DNA of 16,468 nt from an uncultured Thermococci archaeon (GTDB lineage Archaea; Methanobacteriota_B; Thermococci; Thermococcales; Thermococcaceae): the NCBI GenBank assembly GCA_964487115.1, contig CAZAPD010000037.1, forward strand, positions 1 to 16,468, read 5' to 3'. The notes below the pieces were generated by a model. It was not told the DNA's origin, did no database searches, and saw only the letters and a program-made list of their open reading frames with translations. A program made the translations under genes and the position numbers. Below, one piece after another: positions 1-7,889 of the stretch (position 1 is its first letter; every line of letters begins with the position of its first letter).

Positions 1-1
1 C

Positions 2-139
2 CTCCGTGTTGGAAGCATAACCTTCCTCGGCTCCTTCCACAGCGACTCCAAAGTAAAAGAAGGACAAGAAGTCGACGTCGTCTTCGACATGAAAAAAACC
101 CACATCTTCAACAAAAAAACACAAAAAGCAATATTCTGA
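2..139 (+). CDS. malK: 3' end of sugar ABC transporter ATP-binding protein (MalK-like C-terminal regulatory/OB domain), partial
   Basis: Not in the ORF track. Frame 2 reads LRVGSITFLGSFHSDSKVKEGQEVDVVFDMKKTHIFNKKTQKAIF*, with TGA at 137-139. This closely resembles my recollection of the Thermococcales MalK C-terminus (…EVDVVFDMKKIHIFDK…KAIF). Confidence 0.85.
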   Translation, partial: LRVGSITFLGSFHSDSKVKEGQEVDVVFDMKKTHIFNKKTQKAIF

Positions 140-143
140 AAAA

Positions 144-159
144 TCTTTTTAATTTTTTC
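144..159 (+). terminator. Oligo-T archaeal terminator after malK
   Basis: TCTTTTTAATTTTTTC directly after the stop codon. Confidence 0.6.
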
Positions 160-212
160 AGTTTACTCCGTTAAAATTTTACATGAATTTGGTTTTATGG
201 GCCAGTCTTTCC

Positions 213-251
213 TGTTATAACTTGTTATATAGAAACCAAAAAAATTAAATA
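213..251 (+). promoter_or_regulatory. Promoter of the sugar ABC operon (BRE/TATA) with upstream palindromic operator-like site
   Basis: A-rich BRE followed by TTAAATA (245-251). Inverted repeat TATAAC-TT-GTTATA at 216-229. RBS GGGGGGTG at 288-295 before ATG 301. Confidence 0.6.
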
Positions 252-300
252 CACTGGAAGATTATAGTATCGAGTGAAGCTCCCATTGGGGGGTGTTTCC

Positions 301-1641
301 ATGAAAAAAGCCATGTACAGCCTTTTACTGGTGTCTTTTCTGGTTTTTGGAGTGATTGCCAGTGGGTGTATTAGTAGCAAAACCGAGACTGGAACTACCA
401 CTGTAACCGTGACAAAGTCTGTTGCTCCCGAGCAGAATGTTCTTGAAATCTATCACTGGTGGACTGCCGGTGGGGAAAAGCAGGCTATTGATGCAGTTTT
501 TAAGAAGTTCAAGGAGAAGTATCCTAACATAGAGATAAAGGCAAATCCCGTAAGCGGCGGTGCTGGAGTTAACATGAAGATGGTTCTCCAGTCATTAATG
601 CTTGCAGGCAAACCACCTGATACATTCCAGGTTCATGCAGGTTATGAGATGTCCCCTTACATAAAGGCAAACCAGCTAACTCCAATAGATGACATATGGA
701 CAGATGACATGAAAAAGCACTATCCACAGGTTATTCAGCAGATGGTAATGTTCAACGGGCATTATTATGCAGTTCCTATAAATGTTCACAGGGCAAATGT
801 TGTCTGGTATAATAAACACATATTCGAAAAATACGGCATTGATCCAAACAGCATTAAGAACTTTGATGACTTAATTAAGGTTGCTCAAGAGCTAAAGAGC
901 AAAGGAGTTACCCCATTTGCACTCGGAGACAGAAACAAGTGGCCGGCTACACATGTTTTTGAGGTTGTAATGCTATCTGTAGGAGGAGTCCAGTTTTATC
1001 AGGACTTTATCAATGGGAAGATAACTGATCCAGATAACCCAACACTAAAGAAGGTTCTTGAGGCCTATGCTGAATACCTTAACTATGTTAACTCGGATCA
1101 CGCGGCAAAGACATGGGATGAGGCATGTGGCCTGGTCTATAAAGGAGACGCTGCAATGACGATAATGGGTGACTGGGCAAATGGGTACTTCAAGGCCAAG
1201 GGATGGAAACCAGATGTTGATTATGGAGCGATTGTTCTTCCATCAAATGTTTACGACCTTGTCATAGACACATTTGTCCTACCAGCTAAAGCCGCTCATC
1301 CTGAAGCTGCCAAGAAGTGGCTCAGCTTCATCGGGACTGTTGAGGCCCAGAACACCTTCAACCCAATAAAAGGGTCAATACCTGCGAGGGATGATGCTCC
1401 TCTTGATCCATACGGGCCAATACAGAAGCAGTTCATAAAAGACCTTAGAAGCTCAAGCACGAAGCTCGTGCCGAGTATAACCCATGGAAGTGCCGTTCCA
1501 CCTGCATTCCTATCAGACCTTAACGATATAATCTCAACATTCGTAACGAACAAGAACGTGGACGAGACAGCGAAGTCCATAGTCAATGCAGTTAAGCAAG
1601 ACCTTCTGCCGAACAAGATAAAAGAGTGGAAGCTCACCTGA
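301..1641 (+). CDS. Sugar ABC transporter substrate-binding lipoprotein (family 1, glucose/mannose-binding type)
   Basis: Signal peptide with lipobox-like IASGC, Thr-rich linker, and HWWTAGGE, PPDTFQVHAG, HRANVVWYN and MGDWA motifs typical of glucose-binding SBPs. Start moved from GTG 274 to ATG 301 because of the RBS. Confidence 0.9.
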   Translation: MKKAMYSLLLVSFLVFGVIASGCISSKTETGTTTVTVTKSVAPEQNVLEIYHWWTAGGEKQAIDAVFKKFKEKYPNIEIKANPVSGGAGVNMKMVLQSLMLAGKPPDTFQVHAGYEMSPYIKANQLTPIDDIWTDDMKKHYPQVIQQMVMFNGHYYAVPINVHRANVVWYNKHIFEKYGIDPNSIKNFDDLIKVAQELKSKGVTPFALGDRNKWPATHVFEVVMLSVGGVQFYQDFINGKITDPDNPTLKKVLEAYAEYLNYVNSDHAAKTWDEACGLVYKGDAAMTIMGDWANGYFKAKGWKPDVDYGAIVLPSNVYDLVIDTFVLPAKAAHPEAAKKWLSFIGTVEAQNTFNPIKGSIPARDDAPLDPYGPIQKQFIKDLRSSSTKLVPSITHGSAVPPAFLSDLNDIISTFVTNKNVDETAKSIVNAVKQDLLPNKIKEWKLT

Positions 1642-1653
1642 GGAGGGTGGATT

Positions 1654-2538
1654 GTGAGGCTAAAATTCAGAGAGGAATCTTTCTATTCTCTTTTATTTTT
1701 GACCCCTGCCATTGTTCTTGTGGGGGTTTTCATTTACTTTGCAATAGTATGGAATGTCTATATCTCGTTTACAGACTGGAAAGGATTGATACCATCATAC
1801 AGATTCGTCGGACTTGAGAATTACCGGATTCTCTTCCATGATCCTGTTTTCTGGACATCGTTTAAGAATAATATAATCCTGATAATTCTGTTCGTCCCGG
1901 GTTCTCTCCTCTTGGGTCTTCTTCTTGCGGTCCTTCTTGATAGGAAGATAAAATTTGAAAATGGATTCCGAACAATATATGCCCTGCCATTTGCCCTTTC
2001 ATTTGTTGTTACAGCCACTCTTTGGGCATGGATGTATGATCCATCCGATGGAGTGCTTAATACACTTTTTAGTATTCTCCATCTTGACTTTCTCAAGAGC
2101 AATTGGATAACTGATCCTCATGTGGCGCTTTATGCTGTGATTCTCGCTTTAATCTGGCAATTTTCGGGATACACTATGGTTATATATCTGGCAGGAATTA
2201 GATCAATTCCTTCGGAACAGTATGAGGCTGCGATTATAGATGGGGCAAGCTCAGCTCAACTTTACAGATACGTTATAATACCCCAGCTCAAAAAACCCAC
2301 TCTCAGCGCGTTTGTGGTACTAATGGTGTTCTCACTCAAAGCGTTCGACTTCATCTGGGTTCTTACCTCCGGGGGACCAGGAACCTCAACGTTCATCTTA
2401 GCTGTTGAAATGTATAAGGAAACATTTGCAAAAACAAAATTCGCTTATGGAGCTTCCATAGCCACAGTGTTGCTTTTGCTGTCCTTTGCGATCGTCCTGC
2501 CATATCTTTACTGGAGCTATGGAGGTGAAAAGGAATGA
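1654..2538 (+). CDS. Sugar ABC transporter permease (MalF/UgpA-like)
   Basis: Multiple transmembrane segments, FVGLENY, EAA loop (YEAAIIDGAS) and TSGGPG. GTG start preceded by GGAGGG RBS. Confidence 0.93.
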   Translation: MRLKFREESFYSLLFLTPAIVLVGVFIYFAIVWNVYISFTDWKGLIPSYRFVGLENYRILFHDPVFWTSFKNNIILIILFVPGSLLLGLLLAVLLDRKIKFENGFRTIYALPFALSFVVTATLWAWMYDPSDGVLNTLFSILHLDFLKSNWITDPHVALYAVILALIWQFSGYTMVIYLAGIRSIPSEQYEAAIIDGASSAQLYRYVIIPQLKKPTLSAFVVLMVFSLKAFDFIWVLTSGGPGTSTFILAVEMYKETFAKTKFAYGASIATVLLLLSFAIVLPYLYWSYGGEKE

Positions 2539-3353
2539 GGACAACACGGTTAATCCTCTATATCGTTCTCATATTCTTCATGTTTATATATCTGCTTCCA
2601 TTCTGGAGCGCTGTAACGACTTCACTAAAAACAGGAAGGCAAGTTACGATGACAACTCCAATCCAACTTGTGTTGCCCCCTTATTTCGGTGCCTATAAAA
2701 CGGCCTTTTCTGAGTTGAAGAGGCCTATTCTGAACAGTTTGCTCTTTACAACCTTTGCAACTATTTTCTCTGTAATGATTGGATCAATAACGGGTTACGT
2801 GCTTGCAAAACTCCTGAGAGAATCGGCATCCAAAAAGCTTTTGATGTTTATAACCCTTGGAATATTCCTTCCCTATCAGTCAATTCTGATACCACTGCTT
2901 CGGATCATAACAAAGCTTGGCCTCTACAACACAATTCCGGGTATGATCCTGACACATACAGCTTATGGAGTTCCAATAACGACCCTACTGTTCACTAACT
3001 ACTATTACGAAGTTCCGGACGAGCTTATTGAAGCGGCAAAAGTAGATGGTGCAAGCCCTTTGAAGATATATACAAGCATAGTCTTCCCAATCTCAATACC
3101 TGCATTTGTTGTGACGGCAATATACCAATTCACAAATATCTGGAATGACTATCTTTTCGGCGTTGTCCTAACAAGAGGGGAGGAGGCGATGCCAGCGACA
3201 GTTAAACTCGCAAATCTGAAGGGAAGCTTTGTAGCAAACTGGAACATTCAGATGGCGGGAGCCCTTATAGTTGCTATACCTACACTTTTCATAATGATAG
3301 CCTTAGGGAAATATTTAATAAGGGGATATACGAGTGGAGCTGTTAAAGGGTGA
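2535..3353 (+). CDS. Sugar ABC transporter permease (MalG/UgpE-like)
   Basis: EAA loop (ELIEAAKVDGAS), WNDY and C-terminal GAVKG. ATGA overlap with the upstream permease; RBS GGAGGTGA. Confidence 0.93.
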   Translation: MRTTRLILYIVLIFFMFIYLLPFWSAVTTSLKTGRQVTMTTPIQLVLPPYFGAYKTAFSELKRPILNSLLFTTFATIFSVMIGSITGYVLAKLLRESASKKLLMFITLGIFLPYQSILIPLLRIITKLGLYNTIPGMILTHTAYGVPITTLLFTNYYYEVPDELIEAAKVDGASPLKIYTSIVFPISIPAFVVTAIYQFTNIWNDYLFGVVLTRGEEAMPATVKLANLKGSFVANWNIQMAGALIVAIPTLFIMIALGKYLIRGYTSGAVKG

Positions 3354-3358
3354 TTAAA

Positions 3359-4837
3359 ATGATAGCAGTTGCAACTTTCACAGATCCCAGAAAGACTTCC
3401 CTCTCTCTGGAGAGGGAAAAGGCACTGATGGAGAAGCATTTGAACCTGATAAAAACATTGAAGGAAAGTGGATTCGAAGTTTTCGATGTAAATGAGGCTA
3501 TTGGAAAGTATTCTGCCTTCGAGGAAGGAAAGAACTTCGGCATAGACTCAAAGAATGATGCGTTCAGTGCGGCAAAACTAATAAATGGAAGTGGAGCAAG
3601 CGGCGTGATTCTTGGCATGTGGCACTGGACGGAGAGTAATTTAGTCACTCTCGTGGCAAAAGAGGTGGATAAACCTCTCCTCCTATATACAGACGATGAC
3701 CCAGCATGGGCAGGCTCAACGTGCATAACCTCAGTTGGAGCTTCTCTATGGGAAAGTGCCGTTAATTACCACGCACTTCATCATACCCGTATAAAGGGAG
3801 ATTTGGAGAAGGTCAGAGCATGGGTAAAGGCTGTTGAGGCAACATCAAAGCTCTCCAAAAAATCGCTCCTCCTGTTTGGAGCACCCTACACGCTCGGAAT
3901 GGAGCACTTAATGGATGATTTACCACGGCTTAAGCGTTTCATTGGGGACTTTTTGATGCTTGACCAGTACCTTATCGTTAAGAAAGCTGAAGAGATGCTT
4001 AAATCCGGAGATGAAAAAATCGAAGAGTTCTTCAAATGGCTTCTCGAAAAGAGCAATGTTAAATTTGATGATTCAATGCTAACACAGGAGGTTTTGAAGA
4101 AGCAGATTGCCCTTTACCTTGCAGCTAAGGAAATATACGAAGAATACAAAGACGAAGTTTCTGGAGTCTCCATTAAGTGTCAGCCTGAACTTTCGGAAGT
4201 CTATGGCATTACTGCATGCTTAATCCCCGCTTTGTTCCCGTTCAGCTTGGATGCTATGGGAGAGAAGGAAGTAATCCCCGCAACATGTGAAGGGGATGTC
4301 AAAGGAACTATAAGCTCAGCCTTGCTCTTCTACTTAAGCGGAAAACCACCTCTCTTTGGGGATATAAAATACGTGGATGACGAGCTCGTCATGATAGCCA
4401 ATTGCGGGGCTTCTTCTCTCTACTATGCAAAGCTGAGCAAAAATCCGGAGGAGAACCTAAAGGCAACGACAGTCCAAGGACAGTGCCAGGGAGCAAGCGG
4501 CGGTGCTCTAACGTATAGAACTCCAAAAGCAGAGCTAACAGTAGCGAGACTCATCAGAGTAGGAGGAGAGTATTACCTGCTCTACTTCCTTGGCGAAGGT
4601 CTTGAAATTGGAGAAGAAATAGAACAGAAACTTAAGTGGGGCAAACAGTGGCCACACACTGCTGTGAAGAATCCCCTTGACAAAGAAACCTTCATAAGCA
4701 TTATGGGTGCAAACCACCTCTCTGCCGTACCTGGGGATTTTAGAGAAGAGCTTAAGTTTGTGGCAAAGCTGTGGGGCATAAAAGCTATAAATCTGGGGGA
4801 AAAAGCGGAGGTCAGGAATTTCCTGAGAGGGATGTGA
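3359..4837 (+). CDS. L-fucose/L-arabinose isomerase family protein (substrate unknown)
   Basis: IKCQPEL, TCEGD, FGD, NCG and GANH motifs match the Glu/Asp/His metal ligands of the FucI family. ATG 3359 follows the GGGTGA RBS; GTG 3350 is an alternative start. Confidence 0.8.
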   Translation: MIAVATFTDPRKTSLSLEREKALMEKHLNLIKTLKESGFEVFDVNEAIGKYSAFEEGKNFGIDSKNDAFSAAKLINGSGASGVILGMWHWTESNLVTLVAKEVDKPLLLYTDDDPAWAGSTCITSVGASLWESAVNYHALHHTRIKGDLEKVRAWVKAVEATSKLSKKSLLLFGAPYTLGMEHLMDDLPRLKRFIGDFLMLDQYLIVKKAEEMLKSGDEKIEEFFKWLLEKSNVKFDDSMLTQEVLKKQIALYLAAKEIYEEYKDEVSGVSIKCQPELSEVYGITACLIPALFPFSLDAMGEKEVIPATCEGDVKGTISSALLFYLSGKPPLFGDIKYVDDELVMIANCGASSLYYAKLSKNPEENLKATTVQGQCQGASGGALTYRTPKAELTVARLIRVGGEYYLLYFLGEGLEIGEEIEQKLKWGKQWPHTAVKNPLDKETFISIMGANHLSAVPGDFREELKFVAKLWGIKAINLGEKAEVRNFLRGM

Positions 4838-6691
4838 GTGCTGGCATACAACGGAGCATTTGTATTCTCCGATGAAAAAGGAGATATGCAGGGGAAGCAG
4901 GGGTTTTATGCCTTCGATACGAGGGTACTTAAGGATGTCAGGTTAGTATTTGATTCTAAAAGCATAATGGTAGTCAGGAGGGCCTTCAATGAAAGCATCA
5001 CATATTATATCAGCGACGTCGTTCTCGCAAGGAAAAGAGTTCTGCAGGGTTCTTACAGGGAGAAATTGATATTCAAAAATGCCACGAGGGAAAGACAGAG
5101 TGTTTCTTTTTCATATTCTTTTGATGTGCCCATGGAGGACATATTTGAGGTCAGGGGATTTAAAGAAGGTCTGAAGAGAGAGATCAATGTTCTGAGTGAA
5201 AAAGGAGTTGTTCGCTACACATACAGAAGTATTGAAGGTCTGATTCGTGGACTTGAGATGCGCTCGAACATGGCTTTCAAAGACGGGAAGTTTGAAATAT
5301 CCTTTGAGCTTCCTCCTCTTGGAGAGAGGATTTTCTGGATTGAATTTCGGCCATATGTTGCTGGAAAACTGCCTGTGAGATTCATTACGAAGGGTAAACC
5401 TCTGAAGAATCCCGTGTTTTTTAACACTACGTGGCTCAACAGGATATTTGAAAAGGCTGTTGAGGATTTGAATGCACTCACAGCCTTCACTGAATTCGGG
5501 CCTATTCCTCTGGCAGGCCTTCCGGAATTTGCCGCCATATTTGGGAGAGACAGCATCATAACCTCCTATTTCCTTCTTCCATACTTTCCAGAGTATGCAC
5601 AGGCGGTTCTGAGAGTTTTGGCCAGATTTCAGGGAAGAAAACATGATATGCAAAGCGGAGAGGAGAAGGGCAAAATACTGCACGAACTCCGTCTTGGAGA
5701 ACTTTCTCAGTCGGGTAGGGCTCCTTTTGCGCCCTACTACGGAACCGTGGATGCGACCCCGCTTTATGTGATTCTGGCGACCGAATATTTACGCTGGACT
5801 GGAAATTTGGAGCTTATAGAGGATCTGAGGGAAAATCTGAACCTCGCTGTGGAGTGGATTCTCCAGAAGATTGGAGAAGGTGGAGGTTACATAAGGTACA
5901 GTCCCGGTGAACTGGGCAATCAGGGATGGAAAGATTCAAAAGAGGCAATCCCTATGAAAGATGGAACTCCTACCAAACCTCCAGTTGCTCTTGTTGAAGT
6001 TCAGGGTTATGCCTACTGGGCACTTATGGAGGCAGGAAAGATAACCGATTACAGTAAAAGAGAACTTAAAAGGGAAGCAAAAACACTGAAAAAGCGCTTT
6101 AATGAAGACTTCTGGCTTGGGGATTATTATGCACTGGCTCTCGATGGGGAAAATAACCCCTCAGAAGTGGTGGCTTCAAATATGGGTCATCTCCTTTTGA
6201 CAGGAATAGCAAAGCATGAAAGGGAAATTGCCAATAGGTTATTTGAGGAGGATATGTTCTCGGGTTTTGGTGTAAGAACCCTGAGCTCCCGAGAAAGGAC
6301 CTACAATCCCTTCAGTTACCATAACGGTTCCGTGTGGCCTCATGACAATGCAATTATTGCTATGGGGCTGAAGAAGATAGGGGAAAGCGAGAAGGCCTCT
6401 AAACTGGCTATGGCCATCCTTAAAGCTTCTGGGGATCTGAATTATACCCTCCCGGAACTCTTCAGTGGTTTGGAAATAGTAATGCCGACTCCACGTTTCA
6501 ATTCACCTCAAGCATGGAGTGCCGCAAGTGCATTTGCATTTCTGAGCGTTCTCTTAGGTCTTGAAGTGCATAATACCCTACACCTGAGTCCATGCATTCA
6601 GGAATTCGAAGTTCATACCGAAGTGGTTTTTAGGGGAGAGAAGTACAGGATTAGAGGTTTTGAAGGTGGTTATGAGGTTCATCTGGGATAA
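4838..6691 (+). CDS. Amylo-alpha-1,6-glucosidase-like / glycogen-debranching (alpha/alpha)6 glycoside hydrolase
   Basis: Motifs FGRDS, GKILHE, YYGTVDATPL, NQGWKDS, VEVQGY, YHNGSVWPHDN, LPELFSG and PQAWS. GTG start abuts the upstream stop. Confidence 0.85.
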   Translation: MLAYNGAFVFSDEKGDMQGKQGFYAFDTRVLKDVRLVFDSKSIMVVRRAFNESITYYISDVVLARKRVLQGSYREKLIFKNATRERQSVSFSYSFDVPMEDIFEVRGFKEGLKREINVLSEKGVVRYTYRSIEGLIRGLEMRSNMAFKDGKFEISFELPPLGERIFWIEFRPYVAGKLPVRFITKGKPLKNPVFFNTTWLNRIFEKAVEDLNALTAFTEFGPIPLAGLPEFAAIFGRDSIITSYFLLPYFPEYAQAVLRVLARFQGRKHDMQSGEEKGKILHELRLGELSQSGRAPFAPYYGTVDATPLYVILATEYLRWTGNLELIEDLRENLNLAVEWILQKIGEGGGYIRYSPGELGNQGWKDSKEAIPMKDGTPTKPPVALVEVQGYAYWALMEAGKITDYSKRELKREAKTLKKRFNEDFWLGDYYALALDGENNPSEVVASNMGHLLLTGIAKHEREIANRLFEEDMFSGFGVRTLSSRERTYNPFSYHNGSVWPHDNAIIAMGLKKIGESEKASKLAMAILKASGDLNYTLPELFSGLEIVMPTPRFNSPQAWSAASAFAFLSVLLGLEVHNTLHLSPCIQEFEVHTEVVFRGEKYRIRGFEGGYEVHLG

Positions 6692-7094
6692 TAAGCTCGA
6701 TAATAGCTTTTTGCTCGGGATTTTTCAGCCTTTCAATAATTTTTCTGTCTATGTCCTTTGCGGCTTTGCTGGCCTTTATTGCCAGAGTCCTACCATCAAT
6801 GTATGTGCTTTTCCTTATGATGATGGAGCTCTCACTCTCAAAGGTGAGATGCTTATCTCCAAATGCAACAATTTCATCCATGTATTCCCCAACTATAATG
6901 CGCACCAGAAGCTTTTTTCCTTCTTTCAGAGCATTTTTAAATCTCTCATTGAAATCCTTCAGTCCTTTGTTAGCTTTTATGCACAGGATGCAGTCCCCCT
7001 TAGGGGTGAGATAGTCGTCCTTTGTGAATTCCAGCGTTGACTTGTGAGTTGCTTTCACGTTTTTGTGACCATAGCAGATGATAACTTCTTTCAT
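6651..7094 (-). CDS. DUF371 family protein
   Basis: GHKNVKATHKSTLEFTKDDYLTPKGDCI and IIRKSTYIDGRTLAIKASKAAKDIDR are characteristic of this conserved archaeal family. Confidence 0.88.
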   Translation of the reverse strand: MKEVIICYGHKNVKATHKSTLEFTKDDYLTPKGDCILCIKANKGLKDFNERFKNALKEGKKLLVRIIVGEYMDEIVAFGDKHLTFESESSIIIRKSTYIDGRTLAIKASKAAKDIDRKIIERLKNPEQKAIIELIIPDEPHNHLQNL

Positions 7095-7109
7095 GTTGTA
7101 GCCTTCTTT

Positions 7110-7131
7110 GGAAATCCTTATAAGACTTCTC
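7110..7131. promoter_or_regulatory. Palindromic TATA box between divergent DUF371 and nuclease genes
   Basis: CTTATAAG at 7117-7124 with purine-rich BRE-like flanks on both strands. Spacing fits a leaderless DUF371 transcript. Confidence 0.5.
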
Positions 7132-7178
7132 AGGGATTTAGAATAAACTGATTTAGAAGCTTTAATCTGGTGAGAATA

Positions 7179-7889
7179 ATGGGAAATGAACTTAAAATCC
7201 TGAGCCGTAAATTAAGAGCTATCTTTAAAGAAGTGGCCAGGGATCTCAAAAATAAAAATGTAACGGACAGAAATCTGGATGAATTGGTTTTGGATGCTTT
7301 AAAGAATAGGGCCGTAGAAATAGAAAATATTAAAATCAATTTTTCTGAGCCGGTGGATGATATTTATCGACCGGAGGCAGGTAGAACTCCCTATGATCTC
7401 TTATGTCATGGAAAAATAAATAATAAGCCATTTAAAATTTTTATAAATAATAAATTTGGTTCTCTTAAACGGAACAACAAAAATGATGTAACGACATATA
7501 ACAATCTCTTGAGGCTTTATTTTGGGATAAAATCTCAAAGATTATCAGAAAAAGCAGAAATTAACAAAAAACTTGTGCTCAAGCGGCTTCGGGGAGAGGA
7601 GATAGTTTCATATGGTCTTTTTGTTTTAGATAAGGACACTAAAGACTTTAATTTTTTTCTCTTAGAAGAGATTGATGAGCCATTTTATGTTAACCCAAGA
7701 AATACAATGTTTCAGGTCAGATACACCCCTAAAATACGGAAGGAGCCTATGAGCTATTACGAGTTTGTTAGGAAGCTGGTTAAAGCAATACAAAAATCCC
7801 TTCAGAAAGTGATAGAAAAAGCGGTACAGGAATCAGAGCGACTGGAGTCACTCCTCGATGAGCTGTCTGGGGTAGGAGGAGATGAGTAG
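7179..7889 (+). CDS. Putative type II restriction endonuclease (divergent PD-(D/E)xK-like)
   Basis: About 236 aa, basic and AT-rich, overlapping the downstream MTase gene by 8 bp. Candidate motif PYD…IFINNK. ATG 7179 follows the GGTGA RBS (7169-7173). Function is inferred mainly from context. Confidence 0.6.
   Translation: MGNELKILSRKLRAIFKEVARDLKNKNVTDRNLDELVLDALKNRAVEIENIKINFSEPVDDIYRPEAGRTPYDLLCHGKINNKPFKIFINNKFGSLKRNNKNDVTTYNNLLRLYFGIKSQRLSEKAEINKKLVLKRLRGEEIVSYGLFVLDKDTKDFNFFLLEEIDEPFYVNPRNTMFQVRYTPKIRKEPMSYYEFVRKLVKAIQKSLQKVIEKAVQESERLESLLDELSGVGGDE

Noticed and set aside
261..280. Possible TGM (TrmBL1/Tgr) site TATCGAGTGAAG near the ABC operon start
   Set aside because: Spacing and half-sites do not fit TATCAC-N5-GTGATA.
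1296..6040. Antisense and alternate-frame ORFs within the sugar operon (for example 1296-1637, 3343-3726, 5111-5683)
   Set aside because: Fully overlap well-supported genes and show no recognisable motifs; shadow ORFs.
7179..7889. PabI-type restriction glycosylase as identity of the MTase partner
   Set aside because: Lacks the motifs I recall for the PabI family (KIRVK, WQISY, QRAVG).
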